Of a stretch of 64,000 nt of DNA, positions 63,580-64,000 are shown piece by piece. The DNA is from Candidatus Woesearchaeota archaeon. Its GTDB lineage: Archaea > Nanobdellota > Nanobdellia > Pacearchaeales > GW2011-AR1. A program made the translations under genes and the position numbers. How positions within the stretch are numbered: the stretch's first letter is position 1; every line of letters begins with the position of its first letter. The stretch is taken from NCBI GenBank assembly GCA_964516745.1, contig CAZEYD010000003.1, positions 2,607-66,606 of the forward strand, read 5' to 3'. The notes under the pieces were generated by a model. It searched no databases and was not told the origin of the DNA. It saw nothing but the letters and a program-made list of their open reading frames with translations.

Positions 63580-64000
63580 TTTTTTACCTCCATTAACTTA
63601 TTTAATAATATTCCTTGAATAACGGATATAATTATCATTACTATTGATAGAATTAAAATATATTGCCAATTGAAATATATTATTGCCAAAGGTAAAATCG
63701 GTATCTTAATTGCGCGATTATATAAGAAACAGGAAATCAGTCCATAACTTAATCCTTTATGTTTTAAATCTCCCAAAAGAGGATACCACATATAAATTGG
63801 TCCTGATGATAAGATTCCTCCAATAATTACAAAAAACCATTTTTTTATTCCCTTTTCTTTAAGATGTTTCATAACAAATTTAGGTGTAATAAAATAATTA
63901 GATAATGTCATTAATATAAAAACCAAAACAAATATTGGAATTACTTTATATATAATCTCGGCAAAAAAATCTAAACTTTTAGAATAAATATCTTGATTAA
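63576..64000 (-). CDS. Permease-like membrane protein, 5'-truncated by the window edge
   Basis: The reading frame stays open from 63926 to the window end (the track start is TTG). It has hydrophobic helices and resembles ArsP-type two-cluster permeases that often neighbour small redox proteins. Confidence 0.4.
   Translation of the reverse strand, partial: NQDIYSKSLDFFAEIIYKVIPIFVLVFILMTLSNYFITPKFVMKHLKEKGIKKWFFVIIGGILSSGPIYMWYPLLGDLKHKGLSYGLISCFLYNRAIKIPILPLAIIYFNWQYILILSIVMIIISVIQGILLNKLMEVKK

Overview
The window is a visibly AT-rich, gene-dense stretch that looks archaeal. Archaeal markers include an RpoL/Rpb11-like subunit, archaeal-type PheRS beta, ThrRS with the archaeal N-terminal editing domain, a class-III-signal-peptide protein and an RNase P RNA. 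The small genes and a giant surface protein suggest a reduced, DPANN-like lineage, but that is inference.

(1) Positions ~195-12870 form an integrase-bounded defence island. A translationally coupled dndB-C-D-E-A DNA phosphorothioation operon (+) lies 127 bp from a divergent, tightly coupled four-gene operon (-). That operon encodes a GHKL/MORC-like ATPase, an SF2 DEAH helicase, a single-HKD PLD nuclease and a YwbE+AlbA_2 (Schlafen-like) protein. From memory this composition does not match the known PT-dependent restriction partners (DndFGH, PbeABCD, SspE/SspFGH). It is my best candidate for an undescribed PT-linked restriction module.

(2) Housekeeping genes include valS, thrS, pheT, ppsA, uppP, a PurA-like gene, GMP synthase subunit B, a tRNA-thiolation PP-loop ATPase, HIT, Nudix, HAD, MATE and a Trx-CcdA fusion.

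(3) There is an nrdR-nrdD-nrdG operon with two NrdR boxes upstream. The glycyl-radical C-terminus of NrdD sits in the +1 frame, and the frame break maps to an A6 run.

(4) GMP synthase subunit B carries an in-frame TAA inside its conserved C-terminal domain.

(5) A 13.8-kb gene encodes a 4591-aa beta-helix/LamG/Ig-like surface protein with extensive internal repeats. Three small secreted or anchored proteins follow it in the same orientation.

(6) RNA genes are tRNA-Thr(GGU), tRNA-Phe(GAA), an RNase P RNA, a 117-nt candidate divergent 5S rRNA next to tRNA-Phe, and a GC-enriched structured candidate ncRNA upstream of thrS.

No CRISPR array was seen. All calls come from reading motifs by eye, and no database search was run.
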